Source of the DNA: Eledone cirrhosa
Taxonomy: Eukaryota
Length of the DNA stretch: 64,000 nucleotides
Direction of reading: 5' to 3'
Assembly: GCA_964016885.1 (NCBI GenBank)
Contig: OZ024749.1
Span: 20,894,001 to 20,958,000, forward strand
Positions 12,325-24,737 of this stretch are shown here, piece after piece. The notes beneath the pieces were generated by a model. The model was not told where the DNA came from and did not search any database. It saw only the letters and a list, made by a program, of their open reading frames with translations. Position numbers and translations under genes: made by a program. Position 1 is the stretch's first letter, and every line of letters begins with the position of its first letter.

Positions 12325-12542
12325 TATATTGAACATTAGTAATAATGTTTGATTCATTTGTAAACAAACGGCTCGATTTAAGGCTGTGCCGATCACCACC
12401 TATTTGTTCAACACTGGCTTTGAGGAACCATCAACATGTTCCTGGGTCCTTACCTTCCAAGCCAGTGTTGGACAAACAGGTGACGATCTTAAAACCGGGC
12501 AGTTTGTTTACAAATGAATCGAAATTCTTAATGTTCGATATA
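12325..12542. repeat. ~220-bp imperfect fold-back element
   Basis: TATATTGAACATTA..GATTCATTTGTAAACAAAC..ACCTATTTGTTCAACACTGGCT mirrored on the right side. Confidence 0.75.
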
Positions 12543-13171
12543 ACCTTACATATGTGTGTGTATAAATATATATATGTGTGTGTATATATATGTGTGTACA
12601 TGTGCATACTTACATTTATGTATCAGCTGTGCTAGGGCAAGAAATAAAATTCTAATTTTATATATATATATCCACTTACACACACCATCATCATCATCTC
12701 TAGTTCATGTATAACTTCTCATGGAATAATGGCCATAAAAATTATGACACGCACACAAACAGAACACACCCTCAACATCTGTGTTTGTGCATGCATGTAT
12801 GTATACACACACACTCTTTAACTACACAGGTTGTACAGCTTAGTAACCATCTCATGCATCACTACACACACACACAAATTATATAACCATCACCATTGAC
12901 ACACACACACACATGGTTAGCTTCATTTGGATTATACAGATTAGAAAAAACATAGGTCACACATTCAAGTTTGAGCCATGCCAATGAATGAAATTAACAA
13001 GAGACACCACCAATAAATACAGGATCTTATTTTGGGCAACAAATTCTCAAACATTTCAAAGCCATAATAAACACATATATATGTCAACATGAATGGACCT
13101 GTTATTTTTATCTAAAGACATTTTTTCCAATTCCAACCCGCCCGTCTCCTCAATCTATTTTATTTCTCATT

Positions 13172-13212
13172 CTTTCTTCTGATGAAGGACTAGCGTCCGA
13201 AACGTTTAAGAC
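13172..13212 (+). ncRNA. Minimal type I hammerhead ribozyme motif, family A
   Basis: ucuu CUGAUGA a GGAC uagc GUCC GAAAC GUUU aagac; within a ~200-bp dispersed repeat. Confidence 0.75.
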
Positions 13213-13311
13213 CCTCTTCCTGCTATATCAAGCGTTAACCTAATATATACCTTCCATATACTGTACCAATTGTGTTATTTCTGTTTACCTTTTACACACA
13301 CACACATATAT

Positions 13312-13636
13312 ATCATCATCATTTTATGTCCACTTTTCCCTGCTTGCAAGGGTGGGACGGGAACTGATTCTGGCTTGATTTCTACAGCTGGATGCCCTTC
13401 CTAACACCAACCTCATTTACAGTCAGTGCTGGGTGCTTTTTTGCCGTGGCACCTCCACGACCACTTTGCAGTGGAATGATAGGGACCCCCAGTCCCTATC
13501 ATCTCATTTCTACAGCTCAGTAAACTGGAGCAATGTGAAATAAAGTGTCTTGCTTAAGGAAACAACACATCACCCGGTCCGAGAATTGACTCACAATCTT
13601 TCGATTGCAAGGCCAATGCTCTAACCACTAAGCCAT
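13312..13636 (-). mobile_element. tRNA-derived SINE, family 1
   Basis: Reverse complement of the 60.9 kb copy. Confidence 0.85.
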
Positions 13637-13645
13637 ACACACACA

Positions 13646-13795
13646 CAGGTAAAATTCTGGTATAACGAATACTACTATAACAAATGTTTTTTTCAATCCC
13701 CGATGTAATAAGCGCTTGGATTGTTTTGGTTAATCCTGTTACAACCAATTTGTTTTTATACCCCGTGAATTTTGTTATAACGGAATTTCATTGTG
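13646..13795. mobile_element. pogo/Tigger-type MITE
   Basis: Imperfect TIRs CAGGTAAAATTCTGGTATAACGAA and TTGTTATAACGGAATTTCATTG. Confidence 0.55.
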
Positions 13796-13816
13796 TGTGT
13801 GTGTGTGTGTGTGTGT

Positions 13817-14031
13817 ATAGTGTCCCAAAAAATGTATACACACTCCAACTGCATTCTAATAAACATTGCCTGTACATGTAATCGAAGTATGTATACATTT
13901 TTGGGACACCCTGTATACACACACACACAGGATGTCTCCTAAAAAAATATACTCACATCTTCGAAAAAAAGAAAAAGGGCTTTAAAGAGCTTCTATAGAT
14001 AGTGAATACATTTTTTGTGGGGACACCCTGT
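13817..14031. mobile_element. Two adjacent ~100-bp Tc1/mariner-type MITEs
   Basis: TIRs GTGTCCCAAAAA..TTTTTGGGACACCCTGTA (13817-13915) and CAGGATGTCTCC..GGGGACACCCTG (13928-14029). Confidence 0.65.
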
Positions 14032-14656
14032 GCATGTGCGTGCGTGCGTGTGTGTGTCTGTGTGTGTGTATATGACAAGTAACAGCATTAAACCCACACA
14101 AAACAAACCAAAAGAAGGGCTATGGGTAAACACCTCTCCACCCAAATAATTTCAGTGTCTCTGAACAGGTGATGCCATTGTGAGGACGGAGGAGAGATAA
14201 GTGTGCAGAGGGAATTTACAAACCAAGCTAGACATAGCAACATAGACACAACAAAACAACAAGCAACAATACACACAAACCAACAAACCAATTTAAGGGT
14301 TGTGATGGACAAACCCTCAAAATTATTTGTTTGTCTGTGAGTGAACTATGTCATTGTTAACCATTTAGCATTTACATTACTCTATATATATATGTACTAT
14401 TATATTGTCGTAAAAGGCTTTATCTTACATAATTATCTTACATATCAAATCTGAGATTTTCATGTTATTTATTTTGAGAATAATACCTTAACATCCAGTT
14501 ACGGACAGTTAGAACAGAAAGAGGTGAGAGAATTCTGGCCAGACATGGCTGGTTTAAATGCTGAAGGGTTAAGACATAGGAAGAGGAGGTTTGCCAAGAG
14601 AAGAGAGAACTTTATAGGGGCCAAGCTGAAACGTTAGCAATGTAGAAATTCCTTAC

Positions 14657-14761
14657 CTTTTTGGCATCATTGTTCATGTCTGCACTATCCACGTGATGGG
14701 GGCTCATCCCGGTCCCGTTCGTAACCATTGGGCTGTGGGACATAAGTTCTTCCGATCCTCT
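14657..14761 (-). CDS. PTBP1: PTB exon RGSEELMSHSPMVTNGTGMSPHHVDSADMNNDAKK
   Basis: attccag|AGA GGA TCG GAA...AAA AAG|gtaagg; 105 nt, phase 0-0; matches the PTB N-terminal KRGSDEL and NLS region. Confidence 0.92.
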
Positions 14762-15051
14762 CTGGAATAAAATAGGCAGCAGGGTCACACACTAGCAAAA
14801 CATTCTGAGAATTTTTACCATTTAAAATGAAGTACCACTGGGGTAAATTTAATCGACTTTCCCTTCGCCCAAATAGCTGGGATTATGCCAAAATCACTAG
14901 TGCTATGGCCCTTTACGGTCTGAGTTCAAATCCCGCCGAGGTTAACTTTGCCTTTCATCCTTATGGGGTCGATAAAATAAAGTACCAGTAATGTACTGGG
15001 ATAATTGCTGGCCTGGTGCCAAAAGTAGAAACAATTTATTATTATAACTAT

Positions 15052-15255
15052 TGGCGGTGGATTGGCAGTATTGGTAGAGGGTCGGACGCCATGCTTTGAC
15101 GTATAGAGTTACGGCCCTTGCCATTCTGAGTTCAAATCCCGCCAAGGTTAACTTTGCCTTTCATCCTTACGGGGTCGATAAAATAAATAAAGTACCAGTA
15201 ATGCACTGGATATTTGCTGGCCTTGTGCCTAACGTAGAAGCAATTATTTATTATA
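15052..15255 (+). mobile_element. tRNA-derived SINE, family 2 (other copies near 14.9, 19.3, 22.2, 22.4, 49.0, 55.7 and 63.7 kb)
   Basis: GAGTTCAAATCC B box and conserved CTTTGCCTTTCATCCTTACGGGGTCGATAAAATAAAGTACCAG core repeated many times in the window. Confidence 0.85.
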
Positions 15256-16401
15256 ACTATATGCTTTGTGGCATTTAATTACATACACCCCATTACATTC
15301 GGAGTTCAACTTTGCCCTTCTGATATCGCTACAATACCAGTGACTTTAAAATGGACTTGCAGAATTGTTTGAGCACCTTATGGCATTTAGTTGCAGCCTT
15401 TATTACATTAAGGGTTCAAATCCAACCGAGGTCAAATTTGTCTTTCATTATTCCAGGGTCAATAAAATAACATACCAGTAAAGTACTGGGGTTGAAATAG
15501 TCAACGTTCACCCACCCCACCAAAATTGCTGACCTTGTGACTAAAATAGAAGCAATTATTATTAATACTATAGCAGAGCATGGAGAAAATACATTGCAGT
15601 ATTAGAAGAAACTCTTTATATATTCTGAATTCAAACCCCACCAAATGTCAACATAACCCCTTTAGCCTCCCACGTGGTCTACTTAAATCAATGTATACCT
15701 CTCCTGTAGTTTCAAGACATATATACCTCTTAAGTTACTTTTCAATTGTTCCACTCTACCGCTATATTCATTGACAAAAAAGCTCAGCATCCAGACTGAC
15801 TTGCACTGGAGGAGGGGGCAGTACATGTGGTATGTGTCGCCCAACCAACTGACATGCCCTTGATTGTGTTGACAACCATACCATAGGTATATAATTTAGA
15901 AATGACACCTACAGGAATAGAACTGTTACATTCTGTTGCTTTTTACCCTTGGAAGGACGGGTAGGGAAGGGGCACCAATATGAATGAAACAGGTTTAGTC
16001 CTGTAAGTACCTTACCTACTTAATTTATCGAGTACCTTATTTAACGGTGTTCTCCCCCCACCCCCCTCTACAGAAAACCAATATATATAGATATTTTATA
16101 TATAAAGAGCAGGAATGAAGTATCAATATACCATCATTATGTTTATTCCAATAAACTATATATGCAAAAGACAAATAAAAATAACAAAGCAAATGACAGT
16201 ACATTGAAGAAATATAGTAAGTTTTACGCTTGATATACTAGGAAAAGAGCCTTAAAGTTTCAGAAAATAGAGAGAAATTAAAGGAATAGAAAGATTGAGG
16301 AGACAGCGGTGCAGATATTTTATATATATATCTATCTATCTATCTACCTTGTGGCTAATAAAGAAATCTATCTATCTGCCCCGTTGTCTGATGATGATGA
16401 T

Positions 16402-16517
16402 ATAGGAAAATGTATAACCCCGACGGGAGAGCTCAAGCCGTTTCGACGGCTAATTCTGGACAGAAATAGCCATCGAAACGGCTTGAGCTCTCCCGTCGAG
16501 GTTATACATTTTCCTAT
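16402..16517. repeat. Near-perfect 116-bp palindrome built from a hammerhead 3' half (family C)
   Basis: Arms of about 57 bp with 3 mismatches; each reads stem-GAAAC-GG..GAGCUC..CC-GUC. Relatives at about 26074-26210 and 46655-46703. Confidence 0.85.
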
Positions 16518-17290
16518 TACTCACTCTACTACCCTAAGTATTGAGTAGTCTGGTGTGTTATGGTCCATCTGGTTCCTTACCACACTGTCTTCGTTATATA
16601 TATAAGTAATTTCTATTTGAAATAAGCTATGTAACTTCTCTACTAATGTCTTAAGTATCTTATTTAATTGTGGTGTCTTTCTGTCCCTCCACAGAAAACC
16701 ATTATGTATATACACACACACACGTATGTGTGTGTGTGTGACTATCTACTTCACTGCACAGAGAGCCTATCATGTTAACAAAGACCACCAACTGCATATT
16801 GCATAAAATTCCAATGTAGTTAAGCACTGAGTGACCAATTTAAAAAATACCAAGGACTACTTTTCTTGGAAGAGTATAAATAAACATCATTCATATGTAT
16901 TATATATACATACATATATATATAGCCTGAGCCTTGCGTTAACAATTAATGAACCAAGCCAAGTATCTGATTAACTCGTGCTAAATAAACGGAAATCAGC
17001 TAGTAGTTTATTAATAGTGCAATGAGAGGGGGACTGGAGCTAGGGGGTTAAGCTATAATTATGGTAACCATTAAAGCGCCATATTCAATTTAAACAGCCC
17101 TCTACCTTCATCCGGCTACAAAGAGGGGACGGCGTGTAGTGTATGTGTGTAGGAAGGAGAGAAACAGCCATGCACAGTATTTAAGGTAGCTATTAGATAC
17201 AGCTGCGTCTATGCATGACAGTATGTATATGTGTATGTATATATATATATATATACATACAGTGCTGGGAACTAGTGACCAGTAATAAGT

Positions 17291-17350
<60 letters not shown>

Positions 17351-17480
17351 GTAGGAGGTGAGTTTTATTGTAGTACAATAAAGCAATGCAGATATCGGAT
17401 AAGTAGCACTCTACAGTTTGTAGGACTGGAGTATAAATAATAATATATAAGATCAAAAGATGGTTAAAAGAGTTCCATGT

Positions 17481-17549
17481 ATTTTATTATGCGCATTTCA
17501 AAAACAAATATCATCATGCAATAACATTTGCGTTTTCGTCAGATAAAAT
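17481..17549 (-). ncRNA. Type I hammerhead ribozyme motif, family B, palindromic helix III AUGCGCAU
   Basis: AUUUUAU CUGACGA AAACGCAAAUGU..AUAUUUGUUUUU GAAA UGCGCA U A AUAAAAU; stems I and II pair. Confidence 0.8.
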
Positions 17550-18208
17550 AGGGAGACATGATATGAAGGTTAAAAACACTTGTGGATAGTGCAGTTTTAA
17601 ATCAACATATAAAATACATGGAACTCTTTTAACCATCTTTTGATCTTATTATTATATATATATATATACATACATACACAACTTATTACTGGTCACTAGT
17701 TCCCAGCACTAGTCACTATAACATCCACACGCTAGTACACATTATGGCTTTTAAATCAGAGAGAATGTCGATGGATGGTTGATGAATAAAATATTTTATT
17801 AAATTGTACAGAGAGAGAGAGAGATGCAAATGGAAAGAAAGAGGAGAGAGACAAAAAGACAGGCTGGATAAAAATGGTAGGAAAGAGAGAGAGAGAAATA
17901 TGAAAGATATAAAAATCAGTGTAGGCCATCAGCACCAACAACAACACCACCACCACAGCCACAAATGTTTTAAAAGGCAAAGCAACAGAAAATATCAATG
18001 ATTCATTTAACTGGGTTTATAAAAGCACACCCAAGTAATAAAAGAGACTTGTGTGGTGTGCTGCACACACACACATTTGTGTGTGCTACATGTACATACA
18101 CGTGCTGCATATACATGCACAATGTACTCTCTCTCCACACACACACACAGAAATTTAATACAGACCAAAGAATGAAGACCAGTGTTTTTGAAATGTCAGA
18201 TTTATAAA

Positions 18209-18251
<43 letters not shown>

Positions 18252-19710
18252 AACACGCAGCATTTTCAATACTTTATATAATCAGAGACCCACACAACGC
18301 TTAAAACTATTATCACACACACATCCACACTACTCAATAGGACATACACAAACTGTCTTTTAACTTTATATAAATACCACACACAATACTAAATCAGAAT
18401 TTCTCTGAGCACCTTAAATACCACACACATACATATACAAGAAAAACAACTTTCAACACTAAATCCGTTTCTCTGAGCACCTTAAATACCAGATAGACAC
18501 ACAACTCTCCCTCTATCAACACCCTGTGTCTTGTCTGTCTAACCCCACCACATGCAATAGAGGGGAAAGGATATAAATTATTTACTAGACAACGAGAAAT
18601 GAATAATGGTGAGAAACAGATCCACACTGTATCATACAACACCAAAACGTCATACCATACCATAACACAACACAACACAACACAACACAACACACACAAC
18701 TCTACACCACACTAAAACACACACAACTCCACACCATACTACAACACAGTAAATGAGCCAAACATCTTACCTAATATATATCTTTCTGATTACATATTTC
18801 CATACACAATGTCTAAAGAAACTTTTAGTTGCAGTAGTAGTAGTGGTGGTGGTGGTAGCATATAGCTGCTGCTGCTAACTATCACACACAATATATTATG
18901 TATATACACACACACCAGCAGCACTACCAACGACAATATATATATATAGTTGATTGTGTTGAGTAGTAGTAGTAGTACTATATATAGTTGCCACTGCTTA
19001 CTAACTATCACACACCAACACCACCAATAACAACAGCAATAATATATACAGTTGTGAAGTAGTAGTAGTAACACTGCTACTAACTACCACACACCAGCAG
19101 CAATATATATACATACATACACAGTTGTGTGTGTCTTGTGTTGTGCGATCCCCAATATGTGACTCATATTGAATGACTCAGAGAAAAACAGGGGTGGATA
19201 GGTTAGGGTGGAGGGAGGGAAATAAGGAATCTTCCACTTTCCCAACTAATAATAATAATTGTTTCTACTTTTGGCACAAGGCCAGCAATTACTACAGTAC
19301 ATTACTGGTACTTTATTTTATCGACCCCGTAAGGATGAAAGGCAAAGTTAACCTCGACGGGATTTGAACTCAGACCATCATACAAGTTGAGTAAAAATGC
19401 ACAATAACAAAACCAAAATAATAACTATATATATATATATATATAAAAAGTATTGAAGTTTCCGTTGAAAATTGAAAGTCATAGGAGTGAAGAGTGCTCT
19501 ACGTAAGTTTCAGAGCTAAATTTAATTGCCTTGTCTGACAAACGAATGCGGACGTTTTTTGTATTCGTCTTATTTGGGAAACCTCTGGTAATGAGGTAAT
19601 TATATTGTATTGTTTATTATAGCCCCAGCATGGCCTCAGCCGAATGGCTGAAACAGGTAAAAGAGTATATATATATATAAGATCAAAAGATGGTTAAAAG
19701 AGTTCCAAGT

Positions 19711-19754
19711 ATTTTATTATGCGCATTTCAAAAACAAATATCATCAGATAAAAT
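19711..19754 (-). ncRNA. Hammerhead motif, family B, stem II internally deleted
   Basis: AUUUUAU CUGAUGA UAUUUGUUUUU GAAA UGCGCA U A AUAAAAU; same element as the 17.5 kb copy. Confidence 0.6.
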
Positions 19755-20028
19755 AGGGATACATGTTTTTGAAATGCGCATAATAAAATACTTGGAACTC
19801 TTTTAACCATCTTTTGATCTTATATTATTTATGCTCCAGTCCTACAAACTGTTGAGTGCTACTTATCCGATATTTGCATTGCTTTATTGTGCTACAATAA
19901 AACTCACCTCCTACACATTATATATACACACACACACACACACGTACGTGTGTGTATATATATATATATAATCAAGAGATGGGCCTGACATTTGAACAAA
20001 TCAGACTTGTGTGTGTGTGTGTGTGTGT

Positions 20029-20121
<93 letters not shown>

Positions 20122-21509
20122 TGGAAGTGCTTTAATGTAAGCTGTCAGATCATAAAAAGGGGAAGTTATAAGGCAAGCTATAGTGCAGTAGTAGTAAGGG
20201 AGCTGTAGTAGAGAGGGAGAGACTAAGAGTAACTATAGTATGTGTAACAGTAGTAGTATGGCAGGCTATAGTAGAGAGAGGGAGAGTAAGACTAGCTATG
20301 TAGTATGAGCAACAACAGTAGTGGTAGTAGTGTTAGTAGTAGCTTGACTAGCTTAGGTTCAAACAGATCCCTTTTACTGATAATTTCACTCATGTATGAG
20401 GAAAAGGGATAAGCATTAGAAACATTAGTGACAGTAGTAGTAGTAGATGAGAGTGAGGGTGGAGGGTATATAAAGGTATGTAGAGGCACCAACAAGCATG
20501 GCATTAATTTCAGTGCCAGGATATGGAAAACACTGGGAATATGAGAGAGAGTGAATGAAACTATTTAACAACCGGAAGAACTAAAAGAAAAAAGTAATGA
20601 TGATGATACCAATACCACCACCAACAACACTAACCACCACTCATCAACATCACTACAACACCACCAGCCCCACCACTACACACCATCATTGTCACCAACC
20701 CCCACTACTACAACACCACCCTAACAATCTTTTTAATCCTTAAAAGCTTTTTGTAAATAAATAAAAACATGACGGTGGTGGTGGAGATTCTTCAAGCTGA
20801 TAATTCTAGCAACTTTAATCACCACAGTGTGTTTAAGGGACAGATAGACAGATAGACATAAGAGACTGACTGTTTCAAATGTCTTTGACATTTAAGAATT
20901 CATGCTGATTCTTCAAGTCATCAACTCTTTGACTTAACCCTTTTGTCACTATTTCTCAGGAAACAAACCAGATTTCAATTAAGTCATTACTAAAATTATT
21001 AATCACTTCTTTGTCCCCCCCCCCCTCGGGAGTGTTGCGGGGAGAAGAGTCCTCAAACATCCCTTCCAGCTGATCCTGTCATAAGCAACCATCTCCAATT
21101 GACCCAGCCAGACCATCAAAGTAAGACGAGCCGAGCTAACTAAAATAGAAAACTTAACATCTTTCTTTAAAATTATATCGGAAATTTGTAATTTAAATAT
21201 GAAGCTTTTTAAAATGGGTGGTTTTGGTTCGCATAAAATTATATTGGAGGTTTTTTCATTTAAACAGGAACTTTTTAAAATGGGTGGTTTTAGTTCACAT
21301 AAAATTATATTGGAGGTTTTTTCATTTATATAAGAACCATTTAAAATGGGTGGTCCCTACTGGGCTATTATAAGGGTTAAGGAAGTCACATTGCAACCAC
21401 ATGGTTTGAAGTTTATCCTAACAGCATGCCACCCCAGGCAAAATATCTAGGAGGGTGTAAAAAAAAAAAAAAAAAGTTGACACGAGACTAAAAAAACTTC
21501 CTTACAATC

Positions 21510-21660
21510 TATCTATCTAAGGCAGGCAAAATTCCCGAGATCCATGGACGAGTTCTCTCCAGTGGTCTCTATCCCCCATTATCGCTGACATGTCCTGCGT
21601 CTCCAGCAGACCAGTGTCTGTCCTTAGGGCATCAACATACAAACTCAGAGCTGTATGGGA
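21510..21660 (-). mobile_element. 3'-terminal fragment of another RTE-like LINE
   Basis: YVDALRTDTGLLETQDMSAIMGDRDHWRELV resembles the RTE C-terminal DR..WR motif and is followed by a short (TAGA) repeat. Confidence 0.55.
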
Positions 21661-24600
21661 GCATCCCAAAAGTGACACAGAGGAGACTGAGGTTAGCTGG
21701 ACATACATGCTCACCGACATCCAGGGTTGACATTGCACTGTGCCCCTGTGGGAGCCCCTACATGGACACATTAGAAGAAGAAGACCAAGGTTACAATCTA
21801 ATGATGTAAAAACAAACAGTATATTGAGAGTAGGGAGTGGTGGGTGATCCTAAACATTAACATTGATACACATGTGAACACTATCTTTCAATTCAATACA
21901 ACACCCTGTAAGAATTTAGCAAAAAGGATTGAATTCAAATATTTATTGTCTTCACTGGCGAAGAGTGTTGTGAAAATTTGCAGCATTATGATAAAGGCTT
22001 TTAATTTTTAATGTGATGCAGTCACAATGCAGTTTTGTACTTCTGAAAAATGTCTTTGTTAATGTGGTTTCATGCGGTACAGGACGTTAAAAGTTATTTA
22101 AAAAAAAACCTTTAATTTATTTCCAGTAACAATTTACTCATTATATAATAATAATTGTTTCTACTTTTTAGCACAAGGCCACTAATTACCCAGTGCATTA
22201 CTGGTACTTTATTTTATCGACCCCGTAAGGATGAAAGGCAAAGTAAACCTCGGCGGGATTTGAACTCAGAATGGCAAGGGCTGTAACTATGCATCAAAGC
22301 ATGGTGTACGACGACCCTCTACCGATACTGCCAATCCACATAATAATAATAATGATTTCTAGTATAGGCACAAGGCCGGTAATTTGGAGAAGGGGAAAGT
22401 CAATTAAATAGACTCCCAATACATTACTGGTACTTTATTTTATTGACCTCCTAAGGATGAAAGGCAAAGTTAACCTCAGCAGGATTTGAACTCAAACCGG
22501 AACTATGTTGCAAAGCATGGTGTCCGACTCTACAGATACTACCAATCCACCACCGCCCTGTTTGATAACAACCACCACCACTTATCTAAATTATAATAAT
22601 AATAAAAAGACCACTCCCTGTCATTGACACAAATCAAACTGCATGGATTATATAACAGTTATTGCAGTCATCCTGCATACAACAGACGGGGGTAGGGGTG
22701 ACGTTTGTTTCCCCATGAGACATCTCACCTCTGTCCACCATTTCCGTCTCCAAGGGTTAATTACCAACTTATTCTACTATTTTATAGTCGTTATATTGAA
22801 ATGCAGCTGAGTGCATTTCATAAAAACACAAATCTATTTTACACTTTTCAAACATCTGCAATAACTTTCTAAACTCGCAGTGCTATGATAAAACACGCCC
22901 AGTACACTCTGTTAAAGCTGTAAAGTGGCTGTTGGCATTACAAAGGGCATCCAGCCGTGGAAACTATATTGAAATGGAATGCATGAGTAAGACACTGACA
23001 ACTAGTATAACCAACCATGGAAAATAGGCGTAAAATGATTATCATCATCATTTTACGATATATATTATATATATCCCAAAGGAAAAAAATAGTGCTCTGT
23101 GTATAGAACAGAGCTTATATAAATATATAATCCATGATGTAAAGTGTTAAAAGGGGCATCCAACCATAGAAACCACGAAGACTGTCACCTGATCTGACTT
23201 GTCTCAGTGGGACAACTCATCCAATCAATGATATATGTCTTTATATACCCACTTTCCATACCAGCTGGGTGGCCAGAGACAATACATGGTTAGATACAAT
23301 ACTGTCCTACTCATGCATTCTATATTTTTTTCACTGTTTCCACAACTGAATGACCTTCCTAAAGCCAACTATTTTTACAGAGTGGACTGGGTGCTTGTAT
23401 TGTGTAAACAGCACCACTTACAGTTGTGTACACACAAACATTGTCAATTTCCTTCCAGGTTGGCATGGGTTGGACGAGAGGTTTTTGAGACAGTATACCC
23501 TACCTGGATACTGCCAGACATAAATATCACCATCTACTCTAGCAGTGTCAATATGGAGGGAGACACACAGTTATATGTGCAGTCTCTGCCTACCAATTTC
23601 TACACGAGGCATTGGTCAGTTGGAGGTAATAGTAGAATATAAGACAATTTGATCAAAGTACCAAGCAATGGGGTCACACCTTAAACTAGGAGGTTACACA
23701 GCAAACTTCAACACCACAGTCCTACATATACAAACTTGTCCTTCATCACCATCATCTCAGGTCCATGGGATGGTATATTTTGGCCCTCATGCTATGCATA
23801 CAACCACCCACCCCTTGCTAGAATAGTGATCGGGTATTAGAGGTTGGCCCGAGTAGAGATGGTTACAGGATGAGGTTTGTGGCCCACACACTATGCATTC
23901 CCCAACCACCATTGCAAGGTCTGCATAGGTTATGGGATTGTGTTTTTGGCCCTCACTCCACTTGTTAGAGACAAAGTAATGATGGGTTTATTTTTTTTTT
24001 ACTCACTCCACTCACTACTAGAGTGAACAGTGCCAGGAAGGGGGTGATGTCTTTGCCTGTACCCGCAGCCCTCCACTCACTGCTAGAGTGGAGGGAGAGT
24101 GCCAATGGTTAGTTAAACTCAGAAAGTTACACACCAAGATCAAAGAAAATTAAACACAAAATAAAATAAGACGTTTTGTGTGAACACCCAGTACTACTAA
24201 TAATCTATATTACTTCATATTAACGGTGTATGCTCCCCCCAAGGACACAGACAGGGACAGAAAAAGGAATATATCAAATTCACAAGCAGCACTACTCTCC
24301 ATTTCATTTTAAACACCACTACAACTACCACAACCATTGCTGTTACCACTAGGCATCTAAACCCATGCTAAGCATTGAAGAATTGGCAGCTTTGGACATT
24401 TATAAACACACACACAAACACATACACCTCAGACAGCACACATACACGCCATATAGCACACACACACACACACACCTACAGATGAGGTAATACAACTTTA
24501 GATTGTTCTAACAATTAAAAGGTTTAACTGAAAAGTATTTGGAGATATATTGACAGTCAATATTGATATTAATAGTTTTATAATGGCAATACAAAACATT

Positions 24601-24699
24601 AAGAACCCCCACTCTCTCTAGATGGCCAACTGAAGACATACGTGTATGCCCCTCCCCCCATCGCTTTTTATTTTCTATTTATCTTCTATTTCTAACTAT

Positions 24700-24737
24700 G
24701 TCTTCTGATGAAGGACTAGTGTCTGAAACGTTAAGAC
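24700..24737 (+). ncRNA. Minimal type I hammerhead ribozyme motif, family A
   Basis: GUCUU CUGAUGA a GGAC uagu GUCU GAAAC GUU AAGAC; stem I GUCUU/AAGAC, helix III palindrome ACGU. Confidence 0.8.

Noticed and set aside
19952-20208. RERERE and CVCV ORFs, representative of most ORF-track entries
   Set aside because: Translations of microsatellites.
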